The notes under the pieces were generated by a model. That model saw only the letters and a program-made list of their open reading frames with translations. It was not told the origin of the DNA and made no database searches. Of a DNA stretch of 64,000 nt, positions 12,571-25,399 are shown piece after piece; position 1 is the first letter of the stretch; each line of letters opens with the position of its first letter. The position numbers were made by a program, and so were the translations under genes. Source of the DNA: Octopus vulgaris (Eukaryota); contig OX597824.1 in the NCBI GenBank assembly GCA_951406725.2, positions 54,932,001 to 54,996,000 on the forward strand. Reading direction: 5' to 3'.

Positions 12571-15500
12571 GGAAGTGGGGTGTTGGTCCTGGTGAAAAAG
12601 AACCGGGTTTCTGAGAAAAAGTTGATTTTTGCAGATCCAGAAGGTAGGCTGGTCGTCGTTGATTTGACGTTCAGCAGTCGTCAGACAATCAGACTGGTTG
12701 CGGTTTACGCCCCCAATAATAAGGGGAATAGTGAGTATTTTCGGAATCTGGAGAGGTTTCTAGGTACATCGTGCCCTTTAGTAATGTTAGGAGACTACAA
12801 CACAATCTGCAATGTGCGGGTAGACTGTGTAGGCTCGCAAACAGACAGGAAAGGAAATGCTTGCTTCCTGGATCTACTAAGATGTTTTGAGCTGGTAGAT
12901 CCATATAGACTGGAACATCCGGACGCTCCATTGTGGACATGGACAAACAGCGACGGATCGTCAAGGTCATACATAGACAGGATTTTAATTAGGAAGGTAG
13001 ATAGAAACCTAGTTAAGAGTCCACAGCTCCACATAGTCAGCTACAGTGACCACAAGATGGTCACCTGTAAGCTAGACGTAGATAAGATAAATAGAGGTCC
13101 TGGTTACTGGAAACTTAATACGTCCCTTTTGGCGATTAAGGAGTACAGTGACAGGATTATGTTAATGATCCAGAGGGCCATGACCGGCTCCATTATCAAT
13201 AACAAATGGTGGTATGCCCTCAAGCGAGCCATAAGATATGAGTCTATTAGATATAGTATAGATCTCGTAGCTAGAGAGGCTAGAAAAGAAACTACTCTAG
13301 TTAAGGACCTAGAGGAAGCAATGCGAACTGGCAACGCGGCTCAGGTGAAGGCCAAGAGACTGGTTTTAAACCAGCACCTCGAAGCCAAACACATGGGTTG
13401 TATTGTCAGAGCTAGACAACGTACAATGGGGAGCGAAGGAATTAATGCCGCGAGATGGGCCCGAGTGGTGGAAGCCCAGCGTGGCAACGATGACACAATT
13501 CGATCTCTGACGAACCAACAAGGTAAGTTGACAGACGAGCCCGAGGAGATGTGTCAAGCTTTTCAGGACCACTTCGCCCAGCTCTTTGGGGGTGGCGGCG
13601 GGCCGGATGAGAGGAGGGACCTAACGGACCTTCTTGACGGACTGCCGCGCCTCTCGGGGCAGGATGCGGAGTGTAGTGAGAAGCCGATCACGCCTGAGGA
13701 GGTAATGGAGGCCATGGCAGACTGCGGTGCGGGTAAGGCGCCGGGACTGGATGGTCTGCCCTACGAGCTTTATAAAAGTATGCCGGACTTGTTCGGGGAC
13801 TTACTGGCGGACGTCTACGCGAACTGGCAGCAGAATGGGTTCATACCCAGATCTGTGCGCCGGGGAGTGGTGACACTAGTCAGGAAGGACCAGAGCAAGG
13901 GGGACGTCATTGATAATTTCAGGCCCATCACTCTGCTTAACGCAGAGTTGAAGATTTTGGCCAAAGTGTTATTGAACAGATTGGCGCATGTCGCGAATGG
14001 ACTGATCGGGAAAGCGCAAACGTGCGCCGTACCGGGCAAAACCATTCAGGATAATCTCCATCTAATTAGATACACGATAGAGGGAATGGATAATGATCCC
14101 GGCAAGGGAGAGGCAGTGGTCCATTTAGACCAGTCAAAAACTTTCGATAGGGTCGACCATCGTTACCTGGTGTCCGTCCTGGCTCAGTTCGGCCTGGGTC
14201 TTGGCTTCCTCAGGTGGATCATACAATTGTATGACAACGTCGACTCGGTAGTTCGGGTGAACGGCTTTATTTCTAAGCCGTTCAAAGTCAAACGCTCGGT
14301 CCGTCAGGGATGTCCGCTCTCCCCGCTTTTGTATGTAGTGGCTCTTGAGCCGCTGCTGCGAAAACTGAGTGGCATCCCGAGGCAGCCAGGTCGTGGAATG
14401 TCGGTTTCGGCGTACGCGGATGACATCACTATCATCGTGACCGAAATGGACCTCCTACGTAAAGTAGGCAAGGCCATAGAGGTTTACGAGACGGTGACAG
14501 GAGCAAAGGTTAATCGTGAAAAGTCAGTCGGCTTGCAACTCGGCACCTGGAGAGGCAAGTCGATGCCTCCAGACAGCGTCGTGGGACGTTGGACGGAGGG
14601 CCCGATTAAGTTGCTCGGGGTTTGGTTCGGACCAGGCCTCCAAATAGAGAAGAACTGGAGCGAGGTATCGAGCAGGGTGACCGCAGTAGTCAACACCTGG
14701 TCTTGGCGGTGGTTATCCCTGAAAGGTAGGGCGGAGGTAGCCAATGTGTTCATCGCATTGGTGATCACCTACCGCCTTGCCGTCGTGCCTCGCCCGGATT
14801 CGTGGTTGAACAAGTTGGAGAGACAGCTCTTTCACTTTTTGTGGAAGGGCTCGAAACCACTTGTGAAACGCTCTATTTGCTGTCAAAAACCGTTACAGGG
14901 TGGACTAGGGATGCCGTGGCTAATGATGCGCAGAAATGCGCTGAGGCTAAGGCACCTGTGGCTCCATCTGGATGGTGAACGGGTGTGGTCTCCGCTGGCG
15001 AAGCAGACGTTCCCCAGGTTCACCAGTTTCGGTGGACGGGAAGACTGGTATAATCGTAGATCGAAGTTGGGTACATGGTACACGGAGTGCCGTAAGGCAC
15101 TCCGACTATTCCGTCGCTCGGGCAATGCCTGCGGCAGTGGTTCTACCGCTGTGTTTTATAAAGGTTTTGTAGAGGCCGGTAACGATGATACGCTAGGGGA
15201 AACCCTAGGTTTCAACGATAATCAGCTGGCCAGTCTGTTCCAACGTACATTCGGGCCGAAGGCACTGGATAATTTCCAGAAGTCTTTGGCTTGGCAGTGT
15301 TACCGAGGAGCCTTACCTGTTCGAGATAAACACGCAAGGCATGGTGCCCCAGTCAGCCCGACCTGCGCAAAATGTGGGCAAGATAGGGAAACCGTCTCGC
15401 ACGCGATCGTGCAGTGCCCAGGGGTGACAGACATGTGGGTTCATGCCAAACAACTGATGCCAAGTGGAGGAAGAGTACAGCTATCAGCCGAATCCATTGT

Positions 15501-15765
15501 GAAAATCAGCCCACCTGATTTCTTAACGAAAGAAGGTAAGAATTGTTTTCTCTCTGTGGTTTCAATTGCGAAACAGGCAGTATGGAAGACACGGGTGAAA
15601 GGGATGCTAACAGGCGACTTCATCTCCGGTTCTAGTCTTGTGGAATACTTCAAATTCCACCTGAAAAGACAAATAGAACTGGAGAGGAGGAGCCTGAGTA
15701 AGAAAGTGTTCGATGAAAGGTGGAAGAATGTGGCGAATAAAAGGTCCCTCACAAATACGAGATAG
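12571..15765 (+). CDS. L1/Tx1-clade ORF2 (APE endonuclease lacking its N-terminus, RT, CCHC finger), open for over 1060 aa
   Basis: VYAPN, LGDYN, SYIDR, SDH, GPGYWKLN, RQGCPLSPLLY, AYADD, CAKC...ETVSHAIVQC; T-rich 3' UTR to about 15995. Confidence 0.93.
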   Translation, partial: GSGVLVLVKKNRVSEKKLIFADPEGRLVVVDLTFSSRQTIRLVAVYAPNNKGNSEYFRNLERFLGTSCPLVMLGDYNTICNVRVDCVGSQTDRKGNACFLDLLRCFELVDPYRLEHPDAPLWTWTNSDGSSRSYIDRILIRKVDRNLVKSPQLHIVSYSDHKMVTCKLDVDKINRGPGYWKLNTSLLAIKEYSDRIMLMIQRAMTGSIINNKWWYALKRAIRYESIRYSIDLVAREARKETTLVKDLEEAMRTGNAAQVKAKRLVLNQHLEAKHMGCIVRARQRTMGSEGINAARWARVVEAQRGNDDTIRSLTNQQGKLTDEPEEMCQAFQDHFAQLFGGGGGPDERRDLTDLLDGLPRLSGQDAECSEKPITPEEVMEAMADCGAGKAPGLDGLPYELYKSMPDLFGDLLADVYANWQQNGFIPRSVRRGVVTLVRKDQSKGDVIDNFRPITLLNAELKILAKVLLNRLAHVANGLIGKAQTCAVPGKTIQDNLHLIRYTIEGMDNDPGKGEAVVHLDQSKTFDRVDHRYLVSVLAQFGLGLGFLRWIIQLYDNVDSVVRVNGFISKPFKVKRSVRQGCPLSPLLYVVALEPLLRKLSGIPRQPGRGMSVSAYADDITIIVTEMDLLRKVGKAIEVYETVTGAKVNREKSVGLQLGTWRGKSMPPDSVVGRWTEGPIKLLGVWFGPGLQIEKNWSEVSSRVTAVVNTWSWRWLSLKGRAEVANVFIALVITYRLAVVPRPDSWLNKLERQLFHFLWKGSKPLVKRSICCQKPLQGGLGMPWLMMRRNALRLRHLWLHLDGERVWSPLAKQTFPRFTSFGGREDWYNRRSKLGTWYTECRKALRLFRRSGNACGSGSTAVFYKGFVEAGNDDTLGETLGFNDNQLASLFQRTFGPKALDNFQKSLAWQCYRGALPVRDKHARHGAPVSPTCAKCGQDRETVSHAIVQCPGVTDMWVHAKQLMPSGGRVQLSAESIVKISPPDFLTKEGKNCFLSVVSIAKQAVWKTRVKGMLTGDFISGSSLVEYFKFHLKRQIELERRSLSKKVFDERWKNVANKRSLTNTR

Positions 15766-16045
15766 ACCTGTAAAAGAAGATCACAAGGTTAAGTGTCGTG
15801 GCGGGGAGCGTGGGGTCCGCGGACCCGCCCCACTGCATTCTGTCAATTTGTAAAAGTGTCTTTGTAATTGTAATTTCATTCGATTTTATTGTTCAGTCAA
15901 ATTTTTAATTGATCCCACAAAGCATCTTATTGTATCATCATTCGTGATTGTCATGTTCTTTTCTATGTCGCCCCTAGTGGGTAATAAAGAATTTGAAATT
16001 CGGCAAAGAAATGAATTTTCGGGATGTAGCCTGGAGGGTTTTTTC

Positions 16046-16079
<34 letters not shown>

Positions 16080-16083
<4 letters not shown>

Positions 16084-16349
16084 TCATATATATATGTATG
16101 TATAAATATATACATATGAGAGTTTGATAGAAGAAGGCTAACTCTTCCTTCAGTAGAAGAAAAAATTCAAATCGGACCATGTTAACACCAAAAAAAGATG
16201 CCTTTTCTCTATGAAAATCACAATTTTTTATGATGCTTTGACTGCTGTGTCGCCATTTTTCGGTGTATTTCACTTAAAGAGAATAACAAGCTACATACTG
16301 CCAAATTTTTACTTTTCAAAAATTCTAATTCGCCAGGCGATACTGCTAG
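16080..16349 (+). mobile_element. Helitron remnant
   Basis: Ends in cgccaggcgatactgCTAG|T (16346-16350); 5' boundary uncertain. Confidence 0.5.
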
Positions 16350-17130
16350 TATGTCTCTAAATATCTGTCCATTTGCAGGATCTTTAAGTCTCCAGACCCT
16401 TCCTCTCCTTGATGATCGTCTTCTGGGCATCCATTTAGCTCTGATCCTGAAGTCACTAACTACTAGTCTATGTTGTGAGATACATTCTTTGCCTGGGAAG
16501 GTTTTGGCATTTATAAGCAGCCATCTTTCCCTTTTTCTGGTGAGAATGTAGTCGATCTGACAGGTGACTAGGTGGCTGGCAGGTTTTCTGAAGTTAGTGT
16601 TGCAAACCATAAGATCACTTGCATCACAGAACTCCAGCAGCCTGGTTCCCTCCTCATTGCGAGAGCCAAAACCAAAGCCTCCATGTATGCCATGGAAGCC
16701 CCCAACATGTCCAGTGAAGTCGCCAGCCACAAAGAGAAGGTCCCTGTCATTCGTCAACGCGATAGTCTACAAGAGGGTGTCATAGAATCGGTCTTTCTGT
16801 CCATTGGGTAGCCCTGGCTGAGGGGCATAGGCTGAGATAATGGTTGCTAACCCATGATGAAGAACTAATCTAATCTTAAGTATTCTGTCGCATACTCTGA
16901 CTACCTCAATTACTTTATCTACCCATTTCTCCACAAGAAGTATACCCACATCCCCAACCCCGTGAGTGTTCCCTGCCCAGAAAATCTTGTACCTGTGTTC
17001 TTTGCCTGTGAGGAATCTCTCCATCTCACTTCTAGAATGCAGCACATATCGATACATCTCGGTTCAAGCATCTCAACAATCTCACCAGACCTACCTTTCA
17101 GTGTGCCGACGTTGAGAGTGACAACCTAGA
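16350..17130 (-). mobile_element. RTE-clade LINE, endonuclease fragment (degenerate)
   Basis: TLNVGTLKGRS, ISAYAPQPG, AGDF, RNEEGTRLLEFC, QIDYILTR, QHRLVV motifs. Confidence 0.85.
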
Positions 17131-18260
17131 GACCGTGAGACATGTAATATATATATATAATCTCAAATTAAAAACCACAAATCTTGAAAATAACTACCCA
17201 GGGTTTCTTAGTTGAAATAATAATTTATGCTGCCATTGATTATTATTTTGACGAGGAAACCCTGTGCAGCTATTTGCAAGATTTATAGTTTTTAATTTAA
17301 GATTACTTTTATTCTCTTAGCTGATGGAGTGCTTTTCTACCTGTTGAAGCATTACCACATAATACACATACAAATGTACATATGGATAAAAGTGAGGAAG
17401 GGAGAGACATATACATTATGTTTATAATCATGTGTGTATCATAGTGTGCATATCATATAACCTTGAGTTAGATCTCCATATATTCCATTACCCTCTAAAA
17501 CAGATAATTGGAAAGTAATTTGAATCATTACACAGATAATTCCATGTAACAGGTTTGTTGGGAAGAAAGATCAAAGAGTACAGAAAAATATCAGAAGAGA
17601 ATATAGTGTGAAATAATTTCCTCATAACACCTTTACATGTTTTTCTGTGACAATTACATTTTGTAATGTATGTTCCGAGTTATTAATATTCTGCTGTGTT
17701 GCACTTTGTACACACACACCAGCTACCATGTAGAACAAGCTTCGTTTGAGCATTTTCTTCTTCATTTTCTCAACAATCTCACCAGACCTACCTTTCACTG
17801 TGCCGACGTTGAGACCCTGGACGGGGAACATGTAATATATATATATAATCTCAAATTAAAAACCACAAATCTTGCAAATAACTACCCAGGGTTTCGTAAT
17901 TGAAATAATAATTTATGCTGCCATTGATTATTATTTTGACGAGGAAACCCTGTGCAGCTATTTGCAAGATTTATAGTTTTTAATTTAAGATTACTTTTAC
18001 TCTCTTAGCTGTTGAAGCATTACCACATAATATATATATATATACACATACAAATGTACATAACACCTTTACATGTTTTTCTGTGACAATTACATTTTGT
18101 AAAATTAATTTATATATTTCTCTTGCACAAGCCAAAATTAGTTTTATGTAATCATTATGGAATTGCCTTGAAAATGTATGTTCTGAGTTATTAATATTCT
18201 GCTGTGTTGCACTTTGTACACACACACCAGCTACCATGTAGAACAAGCTTCGTTTGAGCA
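17075..18260. repeat. Imperfect tandem duplication; each unit holds a ~145-bp palindromic MITE-like element
   Basis: 17075-17751 resembles 17771-18260 with different indels; palindromes at 17158-17304 and 17846-17991. Confidence 0.8.
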
Positions 18261-18720
18261 TAGGACTGCCACTTCATTTCTATGGTTCATATTCATAGCT
18301 TAGAAAACTGGGTCAAGGACACTCAATTTTTGCGTTCTCAGTATTTATGATGGAATATTTACTTTAGAAACTACTCTAATATTCAATAAATTTATAAAAT
18401 AATGAATATATTTATTCATTCTATAAAATTAGAAAACTTTTTTGACATGTAAAATACTTTCTTGAAGTTACAGAAAAGAAAAGATATATTAAAAAGATTT
18501 GTTTTATATAAATGTTGAAATATGTAAAAAATAACAAATACAATGAGAAACTGTTTTAAATATTATTTAAATATCCATCATCTAGAAGTAATTCATGTAT
18601 ATAACAAAGGAAGTCATAAAAAGGGAAAATTATTTGAAACATAAAAAGAAATCTTTTTGATATTATATAGTTATCAGTGTTTCTATTACCACTGAGAAGA
18701 AAACAAAACAGTAACAGGAT

Positions 18721-18803
18721 CTATAATTTAGCATTAACAACAACTGTCTTAGTATCAAGGTTGATACTAGCCACTGGTACAGTTGGAACTTCAATCTGTT
18801 GAG
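18721..18803 (-). CDS. GNPAT: GNPAT last coding exon (…QQIEVPTVPVASINLDTKTVVVNAKL*)
   Basis: Acceptor ttttatctatttcAG; phase 1 matches the previous exon; ends in peroxisomal PTS1 AKL then TAG. Confidence 0.88.
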
Positions 18804-20336
18804 CTGAAATAGATAAAAAAAATAGTTATAAATAAATAGTCGTAAATGAAGCTTTAAAACATTGAATTTACAAAACAATTTCATGCATATATCATTGAAA
18901 ATAGTAAAGAGGTTGTTAATTAAAATTACACTTAGTATTTTCTGGTTAAGAAATGCAAAGGAGACAACCTGGGATTTAAATCAATTAAATTCAGTATGCA
19001 CAGGTTAGGATGTTGGCTGCATGATCATAAGATTGTGGTTTTAACAAGCAATGTGTTCTGTTCTTGAGCAAAAGACTTCACATCACATTCCTCCAGCCTA
19101 CTCAGCTGGCAAAACTGAGTAATCCAGCAATGGACTGGTGTCCCCAAAGGTATAAACCAGGAAACTGGCCATTATAAGCCCATTGAGCTCAAGAAGGATG
19201 GTTTATCCTTATCCTTATGCACTGGTGAGTGAAGTTGATCTTTAACAGCACTGTGAGAACTCTGGACAGAGAAGGAAAATATAAGTTTATACCACATTCA
19301 TAATCAATGTTTTAACATTCATTGACTATGTTGACAAAAAACATGTATAGAATACCACCAATAAAATTTATTCTTGAATCCTTATTTATAGGGTCTAATC
19401 CTCTGAGTATTAGTAACTACTCCATTTCAAGTTTCCTTTTTTACTATATCTTCATATCCTTTTTCACTAGCTTGCATTAGCAATTAGCATTTCATATTCA
19501 TACTCATGAATTCATCTTTACTATATAACTAGCTGATGCTAACCTGTATCTAACCTGCCAATTAAATTGCTTTTGACATTCTTTGTCCAAATTTCACAAT
19601 CATCATACATCATCAAATTTAAGGTGGGGAGAGAGAGAAGAAAACCCTTAAATTTTAAATAAATATGGAAGTTTTTTTACCAATCTATTTCAAAATCTTG
19701 TCAATATACTATCTTTAGCCTCATCCCCTGTCTGAGAAATTCATAACAGTTCATAGCTCTGGTACTGCTGGCTACTATAGTACATTATGAGCACACTATT
19801 AGAATACTTAATATCACCTTGCGTAATAAAAATGAGCTTTGATGATTCCTCCTGCTGAATTAGTTTGATTATATTCATTCTGAGATCTTTGAACCTGCCT
19901 TTTCAGTTTCAAACATATGTGGCAGCTCTTGAAAAAGAAAGTTATTAGCTGTAGAAGCTTCCAAGCAAGTCCAGTTCCAAACTTCTTTGTGATAGAAAGA
20001 GTTATGGAAGTTAAGATGACCAGCAAGTGATTACAGGCAATGTAAAATGCAAGATTTGGTATATATCATGTATAATACATGTATCATGCTGCAAGTAAGG
20101 TTAGATATTACAAACTTAGCAAACATCACCATTTCATGCTCCACCATTATAAAAACTTATCCATTCAAATATTAAGCTACTGCAAGAATAAAAAGATAAG
20201 GACATATATACATTACAAATATAATGACCTTCTACTGGTGAAAATCTCCAGTTACAAGGTGACAGAAAATAGGAAGCATATAAAAAAGGCATCTTCATGC
20301 AAAAGAAATACATATATTTATATGTATGCTAGATGT

Positions 20337-20640
20337 TGTCATCACCATCCTCATTTAACATCCATTTTCAATATTGGTATGTGTTGGATGGTTAGACAGG
20401 ATCTGGTGAGCTACAAGTTCCAATGTTAGCTTTGGTATGGTTTCTATGGCTGGATGGCCTTCCTGATGCCAACCTTTTTCATTCTGTCCTAATGGTGGCA
20501 TGAAAAAAGCACTATTGGGGTTACCAAGTAAATTGCAAGACAGGATTAAAGATAAAAAGAAAAAATGGCTACCCTGCATTATATATTGACAGATGGGAAT
20601 AGCTGGAAAGAAGATAAAGGTGCCAGAGTCAACTCTCAAA
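20337..20640 (-). mobile_element. Degenerate RTE-tail/SINE fragment
   Basis: (CAT)n-type tail plus ggctggatggccttcct motif shared with the 42621 and 51594 copies. Confidence 0.6.
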
Positions 20641-21846
20641 GTACAAGAATATGAGAGAATATGGATTGTGGATCAAGGAGGGAAGGAGAAGTGTAATGGA
20701 TGGTTAGAGATAGAGGTGAATGCAGTGAGTGATGAACAAGGGTAAGACATGCAGTTGATGGTAAATATAGTGTGTGGGGAGGGGTAAGGTAAGAAAGATA
20801 GAAGTGAGTCAAGAAGGATAGATTAGCAAGTAGGGTGATGATTCTGTGAATTTGATAAATTATTCAAAAAAGCATATTTGTAGCATTTGTGAAATTATAG
20901 CTACAAAAAATGGAGGCATTAATACAGAGGAAATAAACTAGAAAGAAATTATGCAAATTTATCAAAACAATATTTTACCTACAACTTGCACTGTGGGACA
21001 CATCTTTCCTTAGTTGTCAACCACAATGATTTCAGTACCTTCCAACAGTGTTGCTCAATCCAGCAGTGCTGAACAGGACTGATGCTATCAGAGAATATCC
21101 AAGTTCCTTTGGTCTAAACTGTAGCATGCTTTTCCCCTCCATTATCCATGCAGCTACCGCACATGACTAGGTGCAACTATAAAGACTCCAAACATGCAAC
21201 AACTATTTTGTTTTACTGTTTGCTGAAGATTTGTTCTTTGCTAACAGCTTTGATTTTTTTTTCTCCTACATATAACCTGCCATATCTACAATGAAGCATT
21301 TTCTACTTCCTTTTTTAGTTCATGAATCACAGCCCTACTGTCCTTCCCAAATTCAATATCAGCTAGGAAGCACATAGCAGAACTAGCTTCCATTTCACAG
21401 CAATTCCCCTTACTGAAATCAAAGTACATTACCATTCTTGTTGCTTACACAATTTTCTAGGTGCGTCATAGTTTAATCTCTTCTTTTTGAATACCTACTT
21501 AATATTGTCTACACAGGCATATAACAATCAGGACTTTTTAAATCATGTCAGACCATGCCATAAAGAGAGAGAATTATTTTGTCATTGCTGTATGCCTTGA
21601 GAACATAAGTGCTTCCTTCAAGTTCACCTGCACTTTATAGTAATTAGCACCATACAGAACATATTCTATAAACCAACTCAGCCTGCTCAGTGTAGGAACC
21701 AAATTTCACAATCATAGCATCATTAAAATAATGACCAACATACTTTAAAGCCTATAACTTATGGTTTAGTTAGAAAACTGATAAACAGGTGCATGATAGT
21801 AAAAGCCTAGAAATTTTAAGTTTTCTTTTATTTTACAAACACTTAC

Positions 21847-21908
21847 CAATATTCTCTGTAATTTTTGTTAATACGACAGTATTTGGTGACATATACACAT
21901 TTCCACCC
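21847..21908 (-). CDS. GNPAT: GNPAT exon, 62 nt (GGNVYMSPNTVVLTKITENI)
   Basis: Poly-T acceptor ...tttacAG and donor GTAAGT; phases 2/1 match both neighbours. Confidence 0.88.
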
Positions 21909-23628
21909 CTGTAAAAAAAAAAAAAGAATTAATGTGGAATTTCATCAACATACAAAATTTACAAAATTTAAATACATTTAGCAAATGTCAATTTTGATCC
22001 AAACTGGACAACCTCCAAAGTACTAGTTGCTCCTGTCATATATTATATGTAGTTATATTATGCAGGTGGGCATGGAAACTCAAGTCTGGGAGCATGACAG
22101 GCAAATATGCAATATGGTAGTCAGATTATGTTGTATATGTTTTGACAGCTAACCTTTGGAAAGAATTAGTGGTATTCATAGTTGAGAACAGTTTGTGGAC
22201 TTCATTTTACAGATAGACTTATGGTTAAATACTCCTATGCATCTAGTACATGTAAAGTTTGGGTTCTTGGGTAATCTTGCTAGAAATCCCACTTCCTTTG
22301 AGTGTCCATTTATTTTGTGCCTTCTGTTACTAATTAGCAGCATATTGAAATTTTAAACTGTTTTGAAACTTTTTCTGCAGCTCTTGGCTAGATTTGCAAT
22401 AAGAAATAGCAGCATATAAATATTCTCAAAGACATCAAGTTATGAACTGAGACATTATTACCTTAAGAATTATAATGAGTAGTTTGGAGATGGGGAGTAG
22501 CCACCTTTACTCAACTTTCTAACAATTTTAACACTGCTGATAAAGACCTAACACATATCTTGAAACTCACGCAGACCATTTATCAGCACCTAATATTCTC
22601 AGAAATAATATATATGAGAAGCTGCCATCTCCATTTCAACAAATACAAAGTAAATCAAGCAGCTTGTTCTTCATTAAAAACTTCTATTACTGAATTGTTT
22701 CACTAGAAGTACAGCACCCATGATCTCATATCCTGACACAAATCCTTTAACTCTATGTTGTACTAATTATGTTAGTATTCTCTAAACTACTTTAAGGCCT
22801 CTGTAATTACCAACCAGTAGAGCACCATCTGCCCTTGTTACAATGATACCATACCAGGGATAACATATTCCTTCATTAATTATTAATTAACTAATTGTTA
22901 TAGGAATTAGTTTGAAGTAAGAAAATATTTCTTTCTTTTAATTTCACTAGAATGTCAATTTTTCTTAACTTATTCATATTCCCCATCTCCAAACTTTGCT
23001 AATGGTTGTTCACTCACTTGTTTAGGTATGTTAATGAAACTTCTATTAAATGTGTAGCTCTTTATAGTTGGAAATTTTGAATTATATTTCTAAGTTTTAC
23101 CTTAGAAACTGTATTGGTAGGGAGAGTTTGATTAAGCTGGAGCCTTAGTTTAATGCTTTCTCATGATAATCACATCTCACCTACACTTCATTATAATAGG
23201 ATGCATTGTCATTAAAATTCTTTTCATTGAGCTATTATTTCTAATGGAACTATTACTGATTTAGGATGATTAGATTTCTTATTTGTGTACTATAGAGGTT
23301 CATTGGAAAAGGATAAAAAAGGCCAGAAGGCCATCAAGGATATCAACAATTTTTATATTCTTATCAAAAGATTTTAATTCCTAAAGAATTAATGAAAGGA
23401 TTTTTTAAAGTTGCTCTAAGTCAGAAGTGGAGAAATTAATAGTTGTGGAAAGAGAAATTTTAAAAAATTTATGTAAATCAGCTATCTGAGCTGAATTGTA
23501 GGAGTCAGTATCAAAATTATTAGTTCTGGATTTTCTAGTACAATAATTGTCTTGGAATAAGATCAGTGCTAAAATTATAAGATGCTAAAATTATGACCAT
23601 ATCTTTATCTGTTAAGCTAGTGAAAATA

Positions 23629-24880
23629 CAAGGAGGTATCCAAAAGCAACTGGAAACGTTCTCTGTGGGGAAAGCCAGTTGTAGTTCAGACTTCCACTGC
23701 TAGAAGCCACTCATTGAAACCCTCAGGGATCAATCTGCTGACTGGCAGTGGCGAGTGAGGTCATTTTGCCATGTCGTGTGTTATTGTTTTGCAGTGATTC
23801 TTCCTTGTTTGTTGATTTTTGCAATGGCTAAAACAAAAGAACAGTCTGCTTTTGTGAAATTCTATTTTCTGCTGGGGAAAACGGCGACCAAAACAGTTGT
23901 TATGCTTCAGACAGCTTACAAGGATGTTGCCTTGAGCAAAACACAAGTTTACAAGTGGTTTTCATGCCTTAGGAATGGCCCCTATGAACTTGAAGACCAA
24001 CCTTGTTCAGGGTGACCATCAACTTCCTGAATGGATGAAAACATCACGAAAATTCATGAATTGATCTTGGAGGACCATTGCCAAACATTTGATGAACTTG
24101 TTGATATGACTGGTGTGTCCTGGAACTCCTGCCAACAAGTTTTGAGTGAGGAATTGCAAATGAAAAAGATCAAAAGTAGTCATGACTGAATGCGTGTTGT
24201 GTACTGAAAGAACAGTTGGAAGTTGATTTGGACCTTTTTCTGGTGATGAAAACTGGTGCTATGGCTACGACCCAGAAATGAAACAGCAATTAAGTCAATG
24301 GAAGCATTCAATGTCACCTCACCTCAAAAAGCATGTCAAATGAAGTCTAATGTCAAGATGATGCTGATTTGTTTCATCGATGTGAAAGGAATTGTCCACA
24401 CAGCATTTGTTCCTCTTGGTCAAACTGTTAACCAAATGTTTTACTTGGCAGTTCTGAAGTATTTGTGAAATGTGTTAAGATGAAATCACCCTAACCTGTG
24501 GAAAAGTGGAAAGTGGTGGTTTCATCATGACAATGATACCACCTTGAGTGTGAGACAGTTTTTGACCAAAAGTGGCATGACCCTGCTTACCCACTCTCCT
24601 TGTTCACCTGATCTTGCTCCCAGCAACTTTTTTTTTTGTTTCCCCAAATGAAAAAAGTCCTTAAAGGAAAACGTTTTGCAGATGTGGAAGAGGTGAAGAA
24701 AAAGTGATGGAGGCATTAAAAGGCATCACTTCACAAGAGTTCCAGGATTGCTTCAAACAGTGGAAAACATGTCTGGATTGATGGGTTGCTTCAAATGGAG
24801 AGTACTTTGAAGGCAATAAAAGTGTAAACATGTAAAAGTAAGTGAATAAAATAACATTGCAAAATTCAAGTTTCTTATTC
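23629..24880 (+). mobile_element. Mariner DNA transposon (degenerate)
   Basis: HTH (GKTATKT…LSKTQVYKWF), GDENWCYGYDPE, HHDN, SPDLAP motifs; stops and frameshifts. Confidence 0.88.
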
Positions 24881-25399
24881 AAAAGTAAAGGCGATATGGA
24901 TGAATAGTAGCTACTGATATCAAACTACAAGAATGAAACTTTTTGCTTGTATAGCAACCTAACAAAACACTATATCACTTCACCAGAGCTATCCAAAAGA
25001 AATAGTTTTATAGAATTTTTCATTTTGGTACTATATTATCTAGAATCCTCTCACTAGTATGAATAATGAATTTTCCTCTAAACTGTGCTTATATGGTCTT
25101 TAACATTTAAATGAGGGATCTTAGGCTTAAAGGGCTCGGTCCTATCAGCTAAAGTGAATTCAGTGTCTAATTTATAACCCTTATAATTTGTATTTTTTAG
25201 ATAATTTTTTCTAGTTTTTTTTTTTTTCATAATTCATATTTACTTCCTTAGTAACTATATTTTTGATTAAAATAGCATATACATTGCCTGCTTTATCTGA
25301 ATGTAAATGTAAAAAAAATATGAGCATTTGATCTGGGAGATTCTGTGAGAAAGATTCTTTTGAAACTCATTTGCCATGATTTATTTTTTAGAACTATAT

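Noticed and set aside
19818-19949. Possible extra GNPAT exon
   Set aside because: Splice-like sites exist, but the phase-compatible frame stops without a PTS1, while the 21847 exon joins 18803 cleanly.
22530-22580. CTGATAA…GAAA hammerhead-like string (similar case at about 41150-41195)
   Set aside because: Core or stems are mismatched; possibly decayed HHRs but not supportable.
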